From NCBI GenBank assembly GCA_051294375.1, contig CM119268.1, forward strand, positions 9,928,370-9,992,369: a stretch of DNA of 64,000 nt. The letters are read 5' to 3'. A model generated the notes under the pieces. It did no database searches. It was not told the origin of the DNA and saw only the letters and a list, made by a program, of their open reading frames with translations. Made by a program: the position numbers and the translations under genes. Origin of the DNA: Paraspadella gotoi. Its lineage: Eukaryota; Animalia; Chaetognatha. Positions 47,801 through 60,833 of this stretch are shown here, one piece after another (position 1 is the stretch's first letter; each line of letters begins with the position of its first letter).

Positions 47801-50800
47801 ATGATAATTTCTTCCTTTAGTAATATCAGACTTGTACTCTGACTCTTTATTAAGGTGTGCTTACTTTTTTGTAGATACTTCTTGTCCAGACTGCTTGAAA
47901 GTAAACAAAATTTAGTAACAACCACACAACAATTGTAACAACATTATCATATCATTATATTTAAATTCATTACTATGTACAACTCGATATACTATAACTT
48001 TAAAAGTAATTCATATGTACAATGAAAAAAAGAATCCCTGTTCAGTTTATATTTAATTTTTGGCTCTTTTTTAAAAGCAACCATTTTCGTTTCTTAATCC
48101 CTGACTTAATTTCAATTCTAATATTTAACCCTAATCTGTTACCAAAGTTATAACCAAATTGTTAACCCTAATTGTAGAAAGTTTATTTTCTATGCCTTTA
48201 GTGTCACGCGTTTGATTCGTCGGCCGTAGGTTGAACTGGTTTTAATATGGACCAAGGTTTTCTAAATCCCGAATGATTAGTGACGAGGTTTTCAGCTAAC
48301 AAAAGCGATAAGAATGGTGAAAAGACTGGTCTGAAAAGGTCAACTAAATGACTAGGGAAAAATTCTGGAAGCGAGGTCACAAAATCTTTCTCTAATTGGT
48401 TAACCCTTATAGTGGGCCCCTAACCTAATTTATAACCCTAGCAAATTTAATACTCAAATGTTATTTTAGTTTTTATCTCACCAGATGGGCTTAAGCCTTA
48501 AGCCTTAAGGCTTAAGCCTTAAGCTTAGGCTACATATTTGGCGTAGGTAACCATTAGTATTGCTTCTTTGTGTTGTTGTTGTCGTTGTCGTAGTTGATAT
48601 CATGCTGTTTTAACATGAAAATAGCTCAAGTGTAGAAAGCTTAAAAATTTAGATATGGCTTCTCATCATTGGGGTCTTTTAAATTGTTATAATTCATATT
48701 CCTCTACTCATTGTTTGTTTTATTTACAAAACAATTTTTATATATATAGATGACTTCAGCTCTGCAGCGGCTGTCCAGCGGCTGTTCAGCTCTTATCTGT
48801 CTCTCTTTTAATTATATGTCGCTCTCTCTTTCTTTTAATTATATGTCGCCTCTCTCTCTTTTTTCCCTCACTGCTTCTACTGATTCATCTAAAAACGAGT
48901 TAATCTCTACAGCAACGGTCCAGCTTTATTTCTCTTTCTTTCTCTCTCTCTTCTTTTTTTCTGTCTCTCTCTCTCTTTTTTTTTCTCTCTCTTTCTTTCT
49001 CTCGTCTCTCTCTCACTCATACATGTATTTGTTTGTTTTATTTACGATGAATGACTCATCACGTTAATGAATAACTATCATTGTATTATGAATGACAATC
49101 ATCGCCTCAATGAATGACTATCATCGCATCCAACATTTGGTTGTCATTGCATCAATCATTTGTTATCATTGCACAATATTTGGTTATCATCAAATCAATA
49201 ATTGGTTATCATTGCGTCAATTATTGGTTATCATCGCATCAATAATCAATTACTATTACATCAACCAATCATTAACTATTATTTCAATAATTCGTTATTA
49301 CTATCAATCATTCTTTTTTCGGATTTTTTCTATTTAAAATTTACCTCCACTGGACAATTTCATTGGAAACTTGATTTACAGCTTAATCACCCACTTCAAT
49401 CATACCACATAACCTACAAAATTTTAAATGAATCTCTCTATTTAATGTAATTATTGTTCAAAGCTAATGGGTCATCGGTCCCACCCAAAAATCTTGTCGT
49501 AAGTCGCTGAGATCATGTCAGAACATTTAATTATTATGTTATTCAAACAATCGATGTCTGTCCATCCATCCATCTGTAAATTTTTTTATACATATCTTTT
49601 TTAGTATTTTTTAAGCCCACTATGAATTAACAAAAAATTTGCAAAAAATTTTGATGAAAGAGACAGAGAAGGAGAAAAAGTTTTAAAAGAAAAGTTATAA
49701 TATTTTATACAGAATTCAAGGTGGAGAACATTTCCCACGAATTTTGACTGTTCAAAGAAAATTGGCTAAAAGGTAAAGGAGAATCAAAACATCTTTCACA
49801 GTTCCTTTAGCATGATTTTGATTCTCTGTTTTAACCCTTCTGATTAGAGAAAAAACAATTTTTTTTAAACGGACAAGTCTTCTTGAGCGCAAAGCGAATT
49901 TAGAAAAACTTTGGCAAACATTTTGATAAAGAGAGAGGGGGAGAAAAAGAAAGAGAGAGGGATAAATCTTCCAACAGAAAACACTATCCTTTACTCATTC
50001 TTTACGTTTTTATGAGTTTCTGAAGGAATTCCCTTAAAAACTCATAGGTATAAAGTATGAAAATTTGATACTTTTTTTTTCATAATCTTAGCGCTTATGT
50101 TAGAAATATTTACAAACGAGTAAAACATCAGTTTAAACGTTTGTTTCCATTCAGCATAGAAAGTATAAAACATTTTTACAGGAACAGAGAAAACCATAAT
50201 TGTTTCAGCTGCCTCAACTTTTTTGTTCATTTGGCTGACTTTTGTAGACTTCAATGTTTTTTAAATGTTTATTTACATTAATACTGACGACGAGGAATTT
50301 AAACGATCCAGGTTATAAACAATTTATAAACGATTTAAAATAACTAACGTAAAAACTTACGTCATATTTTTTCAACGAGGCAACTAAAGATTCTACAAAT
50401 ACAAATTCCAACATTAAGCAAACAAACTCAGATAGCCTCGATGACAACCCCTTTCTTCTTTTTCAAATTATTCGTTGATGCGACTCTCAATCAAGAAAGA
50501 GGGAAAACTTCTGACCCAGATATTGCATTTTCAGCTGACGAACGTTGAGCCGTCTCCCCCTACGGGCGCTGCTCGCCACTGCCGATATAATAACAATAAA
50601 ACAAAATTTACATGTGAAGAAAAAAATTTTGGGAAAATAATCTGAAGTTTCCAATCTTTTTTAACACCCTCTCGTAGCCATAGAACGGGTCCTGAGCTTG
50701 TAACTAGGCTTAAGGGTTTTTCATGCCCCAAACGTTGTCCTCAGTCCTCACACTTAACACGCTTAATGCTTATAGGCGGTTTGAACATATTGTAATTCTC

Positions 50801-52958
50801 ACTACAGTTGTTATGATTGTTACTAATTTTTTTCCTTCAAGCAGTCTGGACAAGAAGTATCTAATAAAAAAGTAAGCACACCCTAATAAAGAGTTAGAGT
50901 ACAAGTCTGATATCACTGAAGGAAGCAAATTATCATCTATAATAATCTGTAAATTATTTTGATAAAAATTTTTTTATCTGCAACTGTTGGTCCACATCCT
51001 CCAACAAATTGAGAATGCTTCCACAGAGCCTCTGGGGATTGGTCCTTATGAAATCATGATTGGAATATAAACCTAGAGGGTTTTATCAACTAATAAAGCA
51101 ATTTTTGATGCCATAACTTTTATTTCTTTATTTCTGTGTGTGTTAAAATTTTTTTTTTAAAAATTCTTATAAACAGGATATCTTAAAAAGTATTTGGTCA
51201 ATCAAGATGAAATTTATCGTGTATAGTAATTATATCATGCTCTATTAATTAAACCTATAGCAAATAATATAAATAAATATTTTGTATATAATTTTATTTT
51301 TAAAAGAATCTGTGCAGGAATTATCCTCCAGGATGTAGGCACACCAATTTTTTTAAAAGATGTATATTAAATTGAAAGAGCACCTATTTATGAATAAAAC
51401 TGTGTAGAAAATTTTTATAGTACCTCTAAAACCAAGAAGATATGGTACACAATGTATTGGCCACTACCTGGTGCAGCAGCTTGTGGATGCTGTTGTGGGT
51501 CTGCGAGAAGTAGTTGCGACTCTAAATTTTAATAGAACAAACTTAATGGACTTCTTTAACTAATAAATTATGTTGGACGATCAAATCTCTCATACTTTAG
51601 ACACAGTGAGGGATGATGTGAAAGGTGTGCCAAAAATCCTTCAGGAGAGGGTACTGCTAAAGGCGTTGGACCAATTTGAATGGCGATTGGTGCAAACCTA
51701 TTTTTTTAGGCCATGCCCCGTCTTGTTAAATGTGCGTGAAGATACAAACAACTTTTGGAATATGACACACCCTACAGGTCCCTGCAAGCTTTCAATCAAG
51801 ACTCTCTCACAGTTTTGTTTATTCACTCCCAGAGTACCTGGCTTCCCTATCAATGAAGTGGAAAATATTTCAAAGAATGTTTCAATTGTATGAAAAGACC
51901 ATTCCCTTAAGTATTAGATCGGGGAATACTTATTGTACTCCGCACTAGCATAATACAAGGAGCTGAATTTTATGAAATTGGTACAACCAATATAAAAATT
52001 ATCCATTCATTTAATAAATAAGCTATCTTGCCCCTGACTTTGGACAGGCTTGGTGGTTTAAGGCCTCCTCATATATTACTATTTTTATAACCGGTAATAA
52101 ATAAACTTTTTTTCATTGTACCATCAACGATAGTGACTATTACCTCTAGTAAGACCCTAACAACGTCGACGGAATCGAAAAATGCGCCGAGATGCAGCGG
52201 CGTCATGTGAGTCCATCGGCAGACGGCATTGAGATCAGCGCCGCGAGTGATCAGATACGAAGCCAAAGACGCCGCTTTGCCAGATCGCCCGGAATCTACA
52301 ACGCCGGCACGCACCTGACAAATCCGCGGGAGCATAAAACAAACAATTATGCAATCGTCAAAGATCGTTTACCGCGTAATGAAGCAAGGTAAGATCGTTT
52401 TGCCCATCGCGATCGTTCACGTGACCCCCTCGTCGCAAAATTTCCCGAACGAAGACGTCGATGTTATTCTAAGGATAGAGGAGAGAGGCTCAGCGTACCG
52501 AAACGAAATCGTGGCCACTGGCCATAATTATTGAGACACCTGGATGTGTGGAAACCAGAGGCGAATAATTGCGAAGATTTGACTAATAGTTGTCTCAGGA
52601 GAAGATAGGATTTCCGCGCAAAGGTAGCAATCAATATTAAAAACGGATTCAGCAACGTCTTTAATGCCTGAGAGATTTTATAAATTATATTCGCCTATAC
52701 ATAATACATATATACAATTATACATGTAGATACAGGTATGTATTGAAAATACCCGGTAGAGAATGACGAGAACAGGCGGGAGCGTCGCAGACTTGATGAA
52801 TCATAGGTCTGTCTCTTTGAGGAAACGAAAAGTCGACCAACTGATAAAGTAAATACGTACGTGTTAATTAAAAGAAAAGAAGAATAATCCAAAATTAGAG
52901 AGCGTACCTCAAAATTCCCAGCATCTCCACAGGCAGTTGACACAGCATCCAGCACCAT
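38814..52958 (-). CDS. CLIP4: CLIP3/CLIP4-like ankyrin-repeat + three CAP-Gly domain protein
   Basis: EILSSPETTISQIFAIIRLW, EILRRGGHVNDRDGQNDLTLLHY, CRWTHMTPLHLGAFFD, GTPLHIAAAN; three CAP-Gly domains with WxGIEL...GRNDGS; stop at 38816-38814. Start codon approximate. Confidence 0.9.
39490..40637 (-). mobile_element. HINE/DINE-like copy with nested insertions
   Basis: AAAGTATAGTGATCTCGCC ... ATCTCGCCC-GGGCT/AGCCC-GGCGAGATAAAAA; ATTGATG minisatellite. Confidence 0.7.
39779..39913 (+). ncRNA. Hairpin with degenerate hammerhead core (GAAA mutated to AAAA)
   Basis: Arms 39779-39804 and 39889-39913; CTGATGA-A-GGCTT...AAGTC-AAAACATGTA; helix I AACG/TGTT; tail AAAATCGTTGT. Confidence 0.6.
41618..42053 (-). 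mobile_element. HINE/DINE-like copy
   Basis: Same left end as 20055/31984/39490, pure ATTGATTGATGTAATAGTA array, right end of the 17208 type. Confidence 0.65.
43675..44792 (+). CDS. Nested antisense gene in CLIP4 intron: 223-aa tail-anchored protein (5 exons)
   Basis: Exons 43675-44054, 44232-44308, 44377-44435, 44508-44648 and 44778-44792 splice in phase (672 nt). Charged low-complexity body, GCCK motif, C-terminal hydrophobic segment. Confidence 0.7.
46229..46470 (-). mobile_element. Solo LTR, family A (242 bp)
   Basis: Ends TATGGC (from TGTGGC) ... GCCACA, 4-bp TSD CAAT (46225-28, 46471-74); Pol III A-box-like TGGCTCAGATGG on the minus strand. Confidence 0.75.
46826..46924. repeat. About 98-bp direct repeat (second copy 51972-52068)
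   Basis: Near-identical TATGAAATTGGTACAACCAATATAAAAATTATCC...AAGGCCTCC. Confidence 0.85.
46960..51774. mobile_element. 4.8-kb foldback/MULE-like element with about 940-bp TIRs and 9-bp TSD
   Basis: Arms 46960-47899 and 50836-51774 begin TAGGGTGTGTCATATTCC; TSD CAGGTCCCT at 46951-59 and 51775-83; no transposase recognised. Confidence 0.8.
48471..49335 (+). mobile_element. HINE/DINE-like copy, opposite orientation, nested in the foldback spacer
   Basis: TTTTTATCTCACCAGATGGGC start and reverse-complement similarity to 39490-40637. Confidence 0.6.
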
Positions 52959-53318
52959 TTTCTCGATTTCGGAGTCTATTTCTAAACCATAATAATGAAT
53001 TTTTCCCTCATCAGAAAAAAATATTTTTCATACTTCATGCGTTCGTGAATCATTTGTAAATTTTTAGTTTAAGGCACAAAAAACTATAGATGATCTTTTG
53101 CATAACGTTACCAAGGAAACGTTGAAACAGAATTTTGTCTGTGATTGCTCGACGAAACAAAAGATGGCACGCACAAAGCGCTTTTAATGCTGAAATAAGA
53201 AAAACCAGTTTCGAAAATTTAGTATTCGAGTCATTAAATGAATTACGAATTTGCAATCTGTTATATATTAGGATCACACCTACAAATTTAACTTGGATTT
53301 TAGAATTTTGATAATAAT

Positions 53319-56300
53319 ATGGGAACTTCTCCGAAAATCAAAATCTTTGAAACAATAAGTGCAACATTAAACCAAAAAGTGGTGGAAATATTTAGTAAAC
53401 AGGTGAGGAAATTTCAAGGAGAATTTAGCATTAAGCAAATCCAGATTTTATTATAGAAATATTTAACTTTCAGGAATCATTCATCAAGGCAGAATTGGAA
53501 AAGGTTGAGACTGGATTGCAATCAACTTGTGTTGATGGAAATAACATTTATTTTCTTCACAGCGCAAGCCTCAACCTTTTAACAAAAGCAGAACAAATCT
53601 TGACATACTATTTAAATGAAAAAGGATATGAAGTTCTGTCCTCATTAGGTAAGCAGAGCGATTAAAGAATCAAAGAATTTTTTTAATAGAATGGCTAATT
53701 AGCAATCAGAAATATAAGCTTAAGTATCAATAACATCCAAAAATGTAATCCATAATTTTTCTCACAACACTTGGTCCACAGAAAACACTAAAGAAGAAGA
53801 CGACACATTATTGGAAAGATTACAAAAAACCGACGATTTATCGCCACAGGCGGTTGAAAAACTCCTCAGACGCTCTAAACATCTTATCAGAAGTAGAAAA
53901 AAAAATTTTCTGGATTATTATAAACGACTGGACAACAATGTAGAACGGTAGCTTAGCTTTGTTAATTTTGTCTTTTCTATGCATTTCATTTTATTACATT
54001 CACTTTAATCTCTAGGCCTCATAAAAAAAGTGAAAGTTCTCAATTGTTTCAAAAAATCGGTGGAGATATAAAAATTTCATTTGCAACGAAGATTGATGGA
54101 GAGGTAGGGACTAACATTATCTATATATATATCGAATAATGGATTAATCATGATTTATATTTTTAGGAAGAAAGACCAAAATCACAATCAAGCTCTTCTC
54201 TAGAAAAGAAAAAAAATAAAATTAGCGAAGAAGGAAATCCAAGTAGTGGAGACTCGGGCTCAAACATTGCGATAAAAGACAATCAAAAACAAAACCAAAC
54301 TAAGAATTTGAGATCAAAGACAAAACAAGACATTGTGACAAAGCAATCAACAACAACCCAAGCATTTCATAATAGAACAAAACCACCGAAATATTCCTGT
54401 AACATATGCACTTTTAATACAAGTCGAAACAGTCATTTTTCTCGCCACCTCACATTCCACGAGAAAAATCCTAACATGAAAATTTACCAATGCAATGAAT
54501 GCAGTTATTCCACAACCCGAACGTCTTGTTTAACTCATCACATAGCTGTGTCTCACGCCACAACAACAATTAAATGTAAAAACTGCGAATATAAAACTCT
54601 CGATATAAAACATCTGAAAAAGCACATTAGAATCGTACATAGCGATAATACCAAAAAAAGAACAAATCAGAAACTTATTAAACCAAAGGCACAAATATCA
54701 TTCAAATGTCCCAAGTGCATTTATATTAGCAAATCGTATCATTTTTTTGTCAGACATTTGAAGCAACATACAACTAAAACTATTAGTAAAAAAGATATTT
54801 TTTTTCCTTCTAACATTCCACTTGTCAATGAATTTCAATGCCCACAGGTAACGTTTTCAACAATATTCATTATACATTAGGGTGGAGTGATGAAATGAAA
54901 TTGAGTGATTGAACATTTTTTTGCTGCCTATGGATATGTAATTAATGAATTTTTAATTATTTATGTAATAATATCCTTATAAAATCATAAAATTTTAAAA
55001 TAATTTTTTTTTTATTTTAAAGAACAGATTTTGATTCGCTATAAAAAAATAAGAAACTTTTAAATATGTTAGTAGAAGACGTTTTAAATTGGTTTCAACA
55101 ACGATTTTTATTGTATATATATATAATATATATAAATATATTATAAAAATGTTGTTAAAACCAATTTCAAACGTTTACTAATTCAAAACAACGAAACGAA
55201 AAAAAATTTATGATGCCTAATAAAATGTTATATATTTTAATATTTAAACCGCAAAAAATGATAAAAGTTTTAACATATGTAAGTTTCTAATACAGAGAAT
55301 AAAAAATCTTGAATTTTTACCTTCCCCCCCCCCGTTCTAAATGGTATAATGACATAATTTTTGATAACATGTTTTATATTTTTGATTTAACTTTTTAACT
55401 TTTTAAAAAATTATTTTTAAAATTTACTATTTTATAAGAATATTACTTTCAGTACTTTCAGTGCTCCACTCTATTATACATTTCTCCAATAGATAATTAT
55501 GTAAAAAAATTCATTTTTTTAAAATTTCCTTCCAGTGCCCTTACAGAACGACTTCTAAGACTCGATTCATGCGGCATAAGTCCAACGCGCACAACGAGAG
55601 TAGGCCCCACGTTTGCAACGAGTGTGGAATGTCGTTTAAACGGTCCGACGCACTGAAGGCGCATTTAGAAACTCATCTTGGTAAAAACATAAAATTAGAT
55701 ACAGAGCGTAACTGTGCTTTTATCGGGACGTTTTTTCCTACAAGGAAATGGACGTGTACCGACCTCAAAAGAATTTTAATGGCACAGTAACCAATTTAAA
55801 TACAATTTTCATTAACGTGGCAAGCAATTACAAGTCAAAATGTTTTTGAGTACCCTCATCCTATGCAAAATCAATATATTTGCCCGCCGTAGCAAGACAA
55901 AGTTCTGGTTCTGGTTTTCTGCTTTCAACTTCACTTTCTTCATTGCATGCAGGTCTTGTCTATTGTCTGTTTTGTATTAAGAGGAAAGGTCATTCAGCTT
56001 AACAATGCGTAATCGTTGATGTGTTAGAGCTAATATATCGAGAAATACATTATAGTCATCAGTAATCACAAAAAAATAAGTTCTTATTTATTTGTGTTCA
56101 TTCTGTTTTCAATAATTTTTTTTAAATGGGTAAATAACAAAATTGTTAAGTTAAATGGGTAAGCACATTTTTTAAAGATTTGGTTTTCAATCTGGTTGTT
56201 AAAAAATTCTAGGTAAGAAGTTAAAACACGGTATGGGATAGTTTAGAAGGGAGAATTAAACAATTAATCTCGTTACTCTGTTGGTTTTCCAGTCATGAAC

Positions 56301-58077
56301 AAAATCTTCAGTTAAATAGATGGTAAAGAAATTCGAGCTACAATGAATCTACACTGAATTTGAAGAGTTGCAGCCTAAACGACTGCAATAATATTGAATT
56401 AAAAAATTGATTAGCAATCTTAAAAACATTTGTAAAAATGTAATAGAGAGACATTTTAATAAACGATTCCAGTTAGAAAGAATTCAGGGTTAAAGTTTAA
56501 AAACGTTTCATTTTCAAGGATACAAGTTGAAATTTAAAAATGTCTCTCTATTACATTTTTCTAATTCAGTAATAAAGAATTCATAAAAAATATCAGATGG
56601 ATTGGCCTTTTCGTTTGACCTGCAACTCTTCAGATAGGTTTCTTTTATTTTATATTATAATTAAAACCGATATAAAATGGGGTAGAATGCATCAAATGCT
56701 TAAAGTGAATACATTTTCGGAATCGCCAGGAGCTCAGCTTTTTGAATTTGTACTCCATTTTAGCCTATTTTGAAGTTGAATTGAATGACCCTTTTTCTTA
56801 ACTCAGCCATTGGTGGCATGAAAGTTAGTCTGGAAACTTTAAAACGGTAGCGCAAGTTTTATTCAATGAATTTCAAAAAATTCGGATTCTTTCCCGCCAG
56901 AAAAAAAATGTCAAGGGTTTGCATTGTAATATATGAAATGTATGACATTGGACAATGGACTCGTCGGCCGAGGTGACGCCACGCCCACGACCTTGATTAG
57001 CGTGATTTTCTATTTTCTTGTGAGAAGGTTGCGATTTATTTCTTTCGTCGGGCAAACACCAAGTTGTGGAGACTTGATGAAATTTTGGGTAAAAAATATC
57101 GATAGTTGTTTCATGCGTGAAAGGCAAATATATTATAATCGAAGATCAACAAAAAGAGGAAATATAAAAGCAAAACAGTAAAAAGATTATAACGGCCTTA
57201 AACGTAACAATAGTTACGTTTATGGCCGTTATACGTTTTATAGGACACACACAAAAAATTTCAGGACTTTAAAAGATCATGACCAATGGATAGATAGTAT
57301 GGGTTCTGTAGCCATTTTTTGAGGTCGGTACCCGTGAATCTCCTTGTAACAAAATTTTTTTTGTGGGGGAACAGATGATGAAGAAAAAAAAGCTAAAATG
57401 AGGCATCGTTGCGGCGTTTGTTCCCTATCGTTTCGAAGCCCCGCTCATTTGAGGATACACGGCTCAAAACATTCCGACGCCAAACCCTTCGAATGCGACG
57501 CCTGCAAAAAATATTTTAAAAGCAAACAATCTCTTAAAAAACACGAAAAAAACATCCATGGGGAACCGAAAAAACATCATTGTTCCTCGTGCCAGCGAAC
57601 GTTCAAAACTAAGAGCAATCTACAACGACACGAAAAATTGCACAATCGGGAAATCCGAGCCGTGAAGGAACGTAAGATCGAGTCACCCGCCGAGGAGACT
57701 TTGACGGGATTCGATCATCTCGAACCGGAAGACGTTATCTGCGGGAATGGCGAAGGCGCCAACTCGGATTCCCTCCTCCAAATGCCGATTCTGGCAGAAA
57801 TAAACGATGGTCGGTTATTGCCGATGGGCGACCAGTACTCCAATACTTATGTCATCGCGTCCAATGAAGCCGATGGCAGTCAATCAACCGAAATCGTTTT
57901 TCAAGGTATTATATATTGGCTAATGAAACATTTTTTTCCTGAATATTCTACTAATATAAAACTTGAATTGCAGCCCAAGATAACAACGTCATCACGACAA
58001 ATCTGATAGGAAACGCTTCTGTAATACAAACTGGAGAATACGGATCAACTTATTTGTTTCTTACCGAACCTAATTAA
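53319..58077 (+). CDS. C2H2 zinc-finger protein, 9 fingers; head-to-head with CLIP4
   Basis: Four fingers in 54308-54847, two across 54847/55536-55680 and three in 57398-57650; phase-consistent exons; stop at 58075-58077. Confidence 0.85.
54878..55473. mobile_element. MITE, hAT-like
   Basis: Ends TAGGGTGGAG / CTCCACTCTA flanked by TTATACAT (8-bp TSD; a 10-bp reading is also possible); contains a hairpin at 55069-55181. Confidence 0.65.
55741..57346. mobile_element. Non-autonomous TA-TSD DNA transposon (Tc1/mariner-like)
   Basis: TA|CAAGGAAATGGACGTGTACCGACCTCAAAA ... TTTTGAGGTCGGTACCCGTGAATCTCCTTG|TA. Confidence 0.7.
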
Positions 58078-58358
58078 ATGTTTTTTACTACTTTTAATCA
58101 AACTGTTGTTAATATCTTTTAGGTATAAAATAATAAAATTACGAAAAACTTTCAGAATTTTCAGGAAAAAACCATTATGGAAAAAGGCAGGAAAAGACAT
58201 TAAATGATGACAAATCCTAATATTATCTTTTGACGCAACTAACGATCAAAACCCAATTAAATTTGGAAATATCGTCTGGAAAAACATACATTGAGTAATC
58301 GGTAACGAGTTAATATTTTAACCTCATCCGAAAACTATCGGAGTGAGAAAATGTTTTA

Positions 58359-60786
58359 ATGTCTTCGAAAGGAATGGAATCCCCGGATACGTCAGCACAG
58401 GGTGATGGAATTTCAGAATTTCCAAATAAGGACGTTTCCACGACCTCTCTGTCTGACGTCATTGAGGCGATCGCGAATCCCGCCGACGTCAGCTTACAAC
58501 CTAATGACAAAGGAGTTGAAGACAAACTGAGAGCTCTAGAAATTACGGTAAGCTTATTTATAATTTTTGTTCGCTTGTTAGCTTATGAACATAAAGAAGA
58601 TGAAGAAATAAAAAGCCCGAAACTACGATCAGGAACGGGTTCACGATCACCGCCTTTCGGAAATAATGAACGAAGGTTTTCAGGAAACTTCTGTAGGAAG
58701 TCCGGGCAGTCAATTTCTTTATGAAAAGGACGCTCCATTAGAACTTCCGGCAAGCAATAAAGAGGTAAGACTACGAGTACGATGGCGTTTCGTCTTCACT
58801 CTTTGATTCCAACAATGATTAAAGAGCTCGATCGGGGTTGCCCGTACAGGGTGTGTGCGGGTCGGGATTGCCGAATGATCGTTTAACAACCTCTTTCCCA
58901 GGGGGATCGCTCTCCCAACGAACCCATTAGAAGCATCAGTTCGTACTTTGCTCGATCCGAGTCGGTCACGGCCGTGGAACCTCAAGATATACGAGCCTCA
59001 GACTTCGACTTTTTGGGTCACGCCTCGATCAGGTGATTCTTATTAAAAATTTACCTAATACAGTGCTGCGCAAAAAAAAAGTAGGCTCATATTATCCTTA
59101 TGTACGCCACCGTTTCTTTTTCTACACGGATTTCAAATGGGAGTTAAATGAAAGGATCAAATACTGTGGTGTGAATATACCGCCACAGTGGCGAATTTAT
59201 TTGTTATAGCAATTTCAGATTTTGCACCCTTGTACAAGAAAAATTCTAATTGGTTCAAAGTGTTAAAAGTGATTTCAAGTGGTTAACAATGTTGATACTT
59301 CTTTCTCTGATTGATGTTCACAATGTAGAATTGGTATAATGATAATGCAATTAAACATTTTAAATAATTTAGTTTCAATATAATTGTAAAGGTCCTTATT
59401 ATTATGCTTCAATACGAGATTCCATAAGGAAAAAAACTTGAGTGATAATTTACCCAAGGCTTAGGTTACTTTAAAAGCTTTTTTACATTCAACTGCTTTT
59501 TCATTATTTTTAAAAGATTCCTTTTCCATATAGCTTTTCCATTTGTGTTAAATTGATTTAGGTAAAAAATGAATGACACCTATTCCTAAATTTTTTTTAT
59601 GCTGAATTTATTAAGCTAATTTCATATTATAAACATTTTGAAGTAAGGAAAACTCATTGACTCTTTCTGATTAAAATAAATTTTGTCTCTTTAGATTTTT
59701 TGTACTCATCGACTGACGTCCAAAAACTTCCAAACGCTTTGTTCGATTTTAATTGTACTTAGTCACGGTTATAGAAAATAGAAATAACCCATTTTTGAAA
59801 CACAAAAAAATGAAAAATATAATGTTTTTACTACATCGTAGTGAAGTCGAAAAATTCTGATCCAAGCAAGTTTTTTTTTAATTGAATTTTAAAGTTTTGT
59901 TATAATTTTTTATACAAAATAATGAGAAACTAATCAACGACTTTGTCATTCTTTGTCAAATTTTACTTTCTTTATATCAATCATTATCTACTGAAAGAGA
60001 GCTTTAATTTGAACTCACTCTCATAAGCCTACGATTATTCGTTCTCAAGTTATTATTAAAAATAACTCAATTTATTACAAAAATAGTAACCATTTTGTAA
60101 TTACTACATGAAAGACTTAATCAATTCTTATTTAATAAAAAACTATAGAAATGTAACATACAATTGCTTAGCTTCAAAATTAACCTAATTTTAAATTTTT
60201 CTTCAACCAATAACTATAATGAAATGCTATGTATAAAATTGTTAAATTTTATATATATATTTTTAAATAATTTAACATCAAGCAAGAGCATAATTAGTAA
60301 TATTATACATCCAAAAGAATCCTCATTTTATGATCTTTCTTTTGAGTCTAATCTCAGTTCTCTGTGATAATTCGTTTTTGAGATATTGACAAAAACAATT
60401 CCACAAAATGCTTAAAAAGTAAAAAAAATATTCTAAAATATTAATAATTGAGTCAATTTTCGATATATTTTATCATAAAAGTTTTAATTGATAGGAAAAT
60501 ATGCCAATAATAAATTAAATTTCATATTTAAAAAATTTTTAATCAAACATGACTTGTGATCGCCTTTTTTCTACAAAAATATAAAATAAAATTGTGATTT
60601 GTCTATTTTTTTCTATTATTTTAAGCTTTTAATATTAGAATTCTTACTGAAAAATGATATAATAAAAAAATATGGCTATTTCTGATTCTAACGAGCTATC
60701 ATACTTTAAAATATCATAAAAAATAAGTATTATGAAGACAAAATGAAAAAAAAAGTCAGTACCGAAATCGATTTTTAGTAATTTCT

Positions 60787-60833
<47 letters not shown>

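Noticed and set aside
50284-50330. CTGACGA as a hammerhead core
   Set aside because: No helix II followed by GAAA and NUH.
46826-52068. The 98-bp direct repeats as LTRs of another TRIM
   Set aside because: No PBS after the first copy and no PPT before the second; the flanking TATA match is low complexity.
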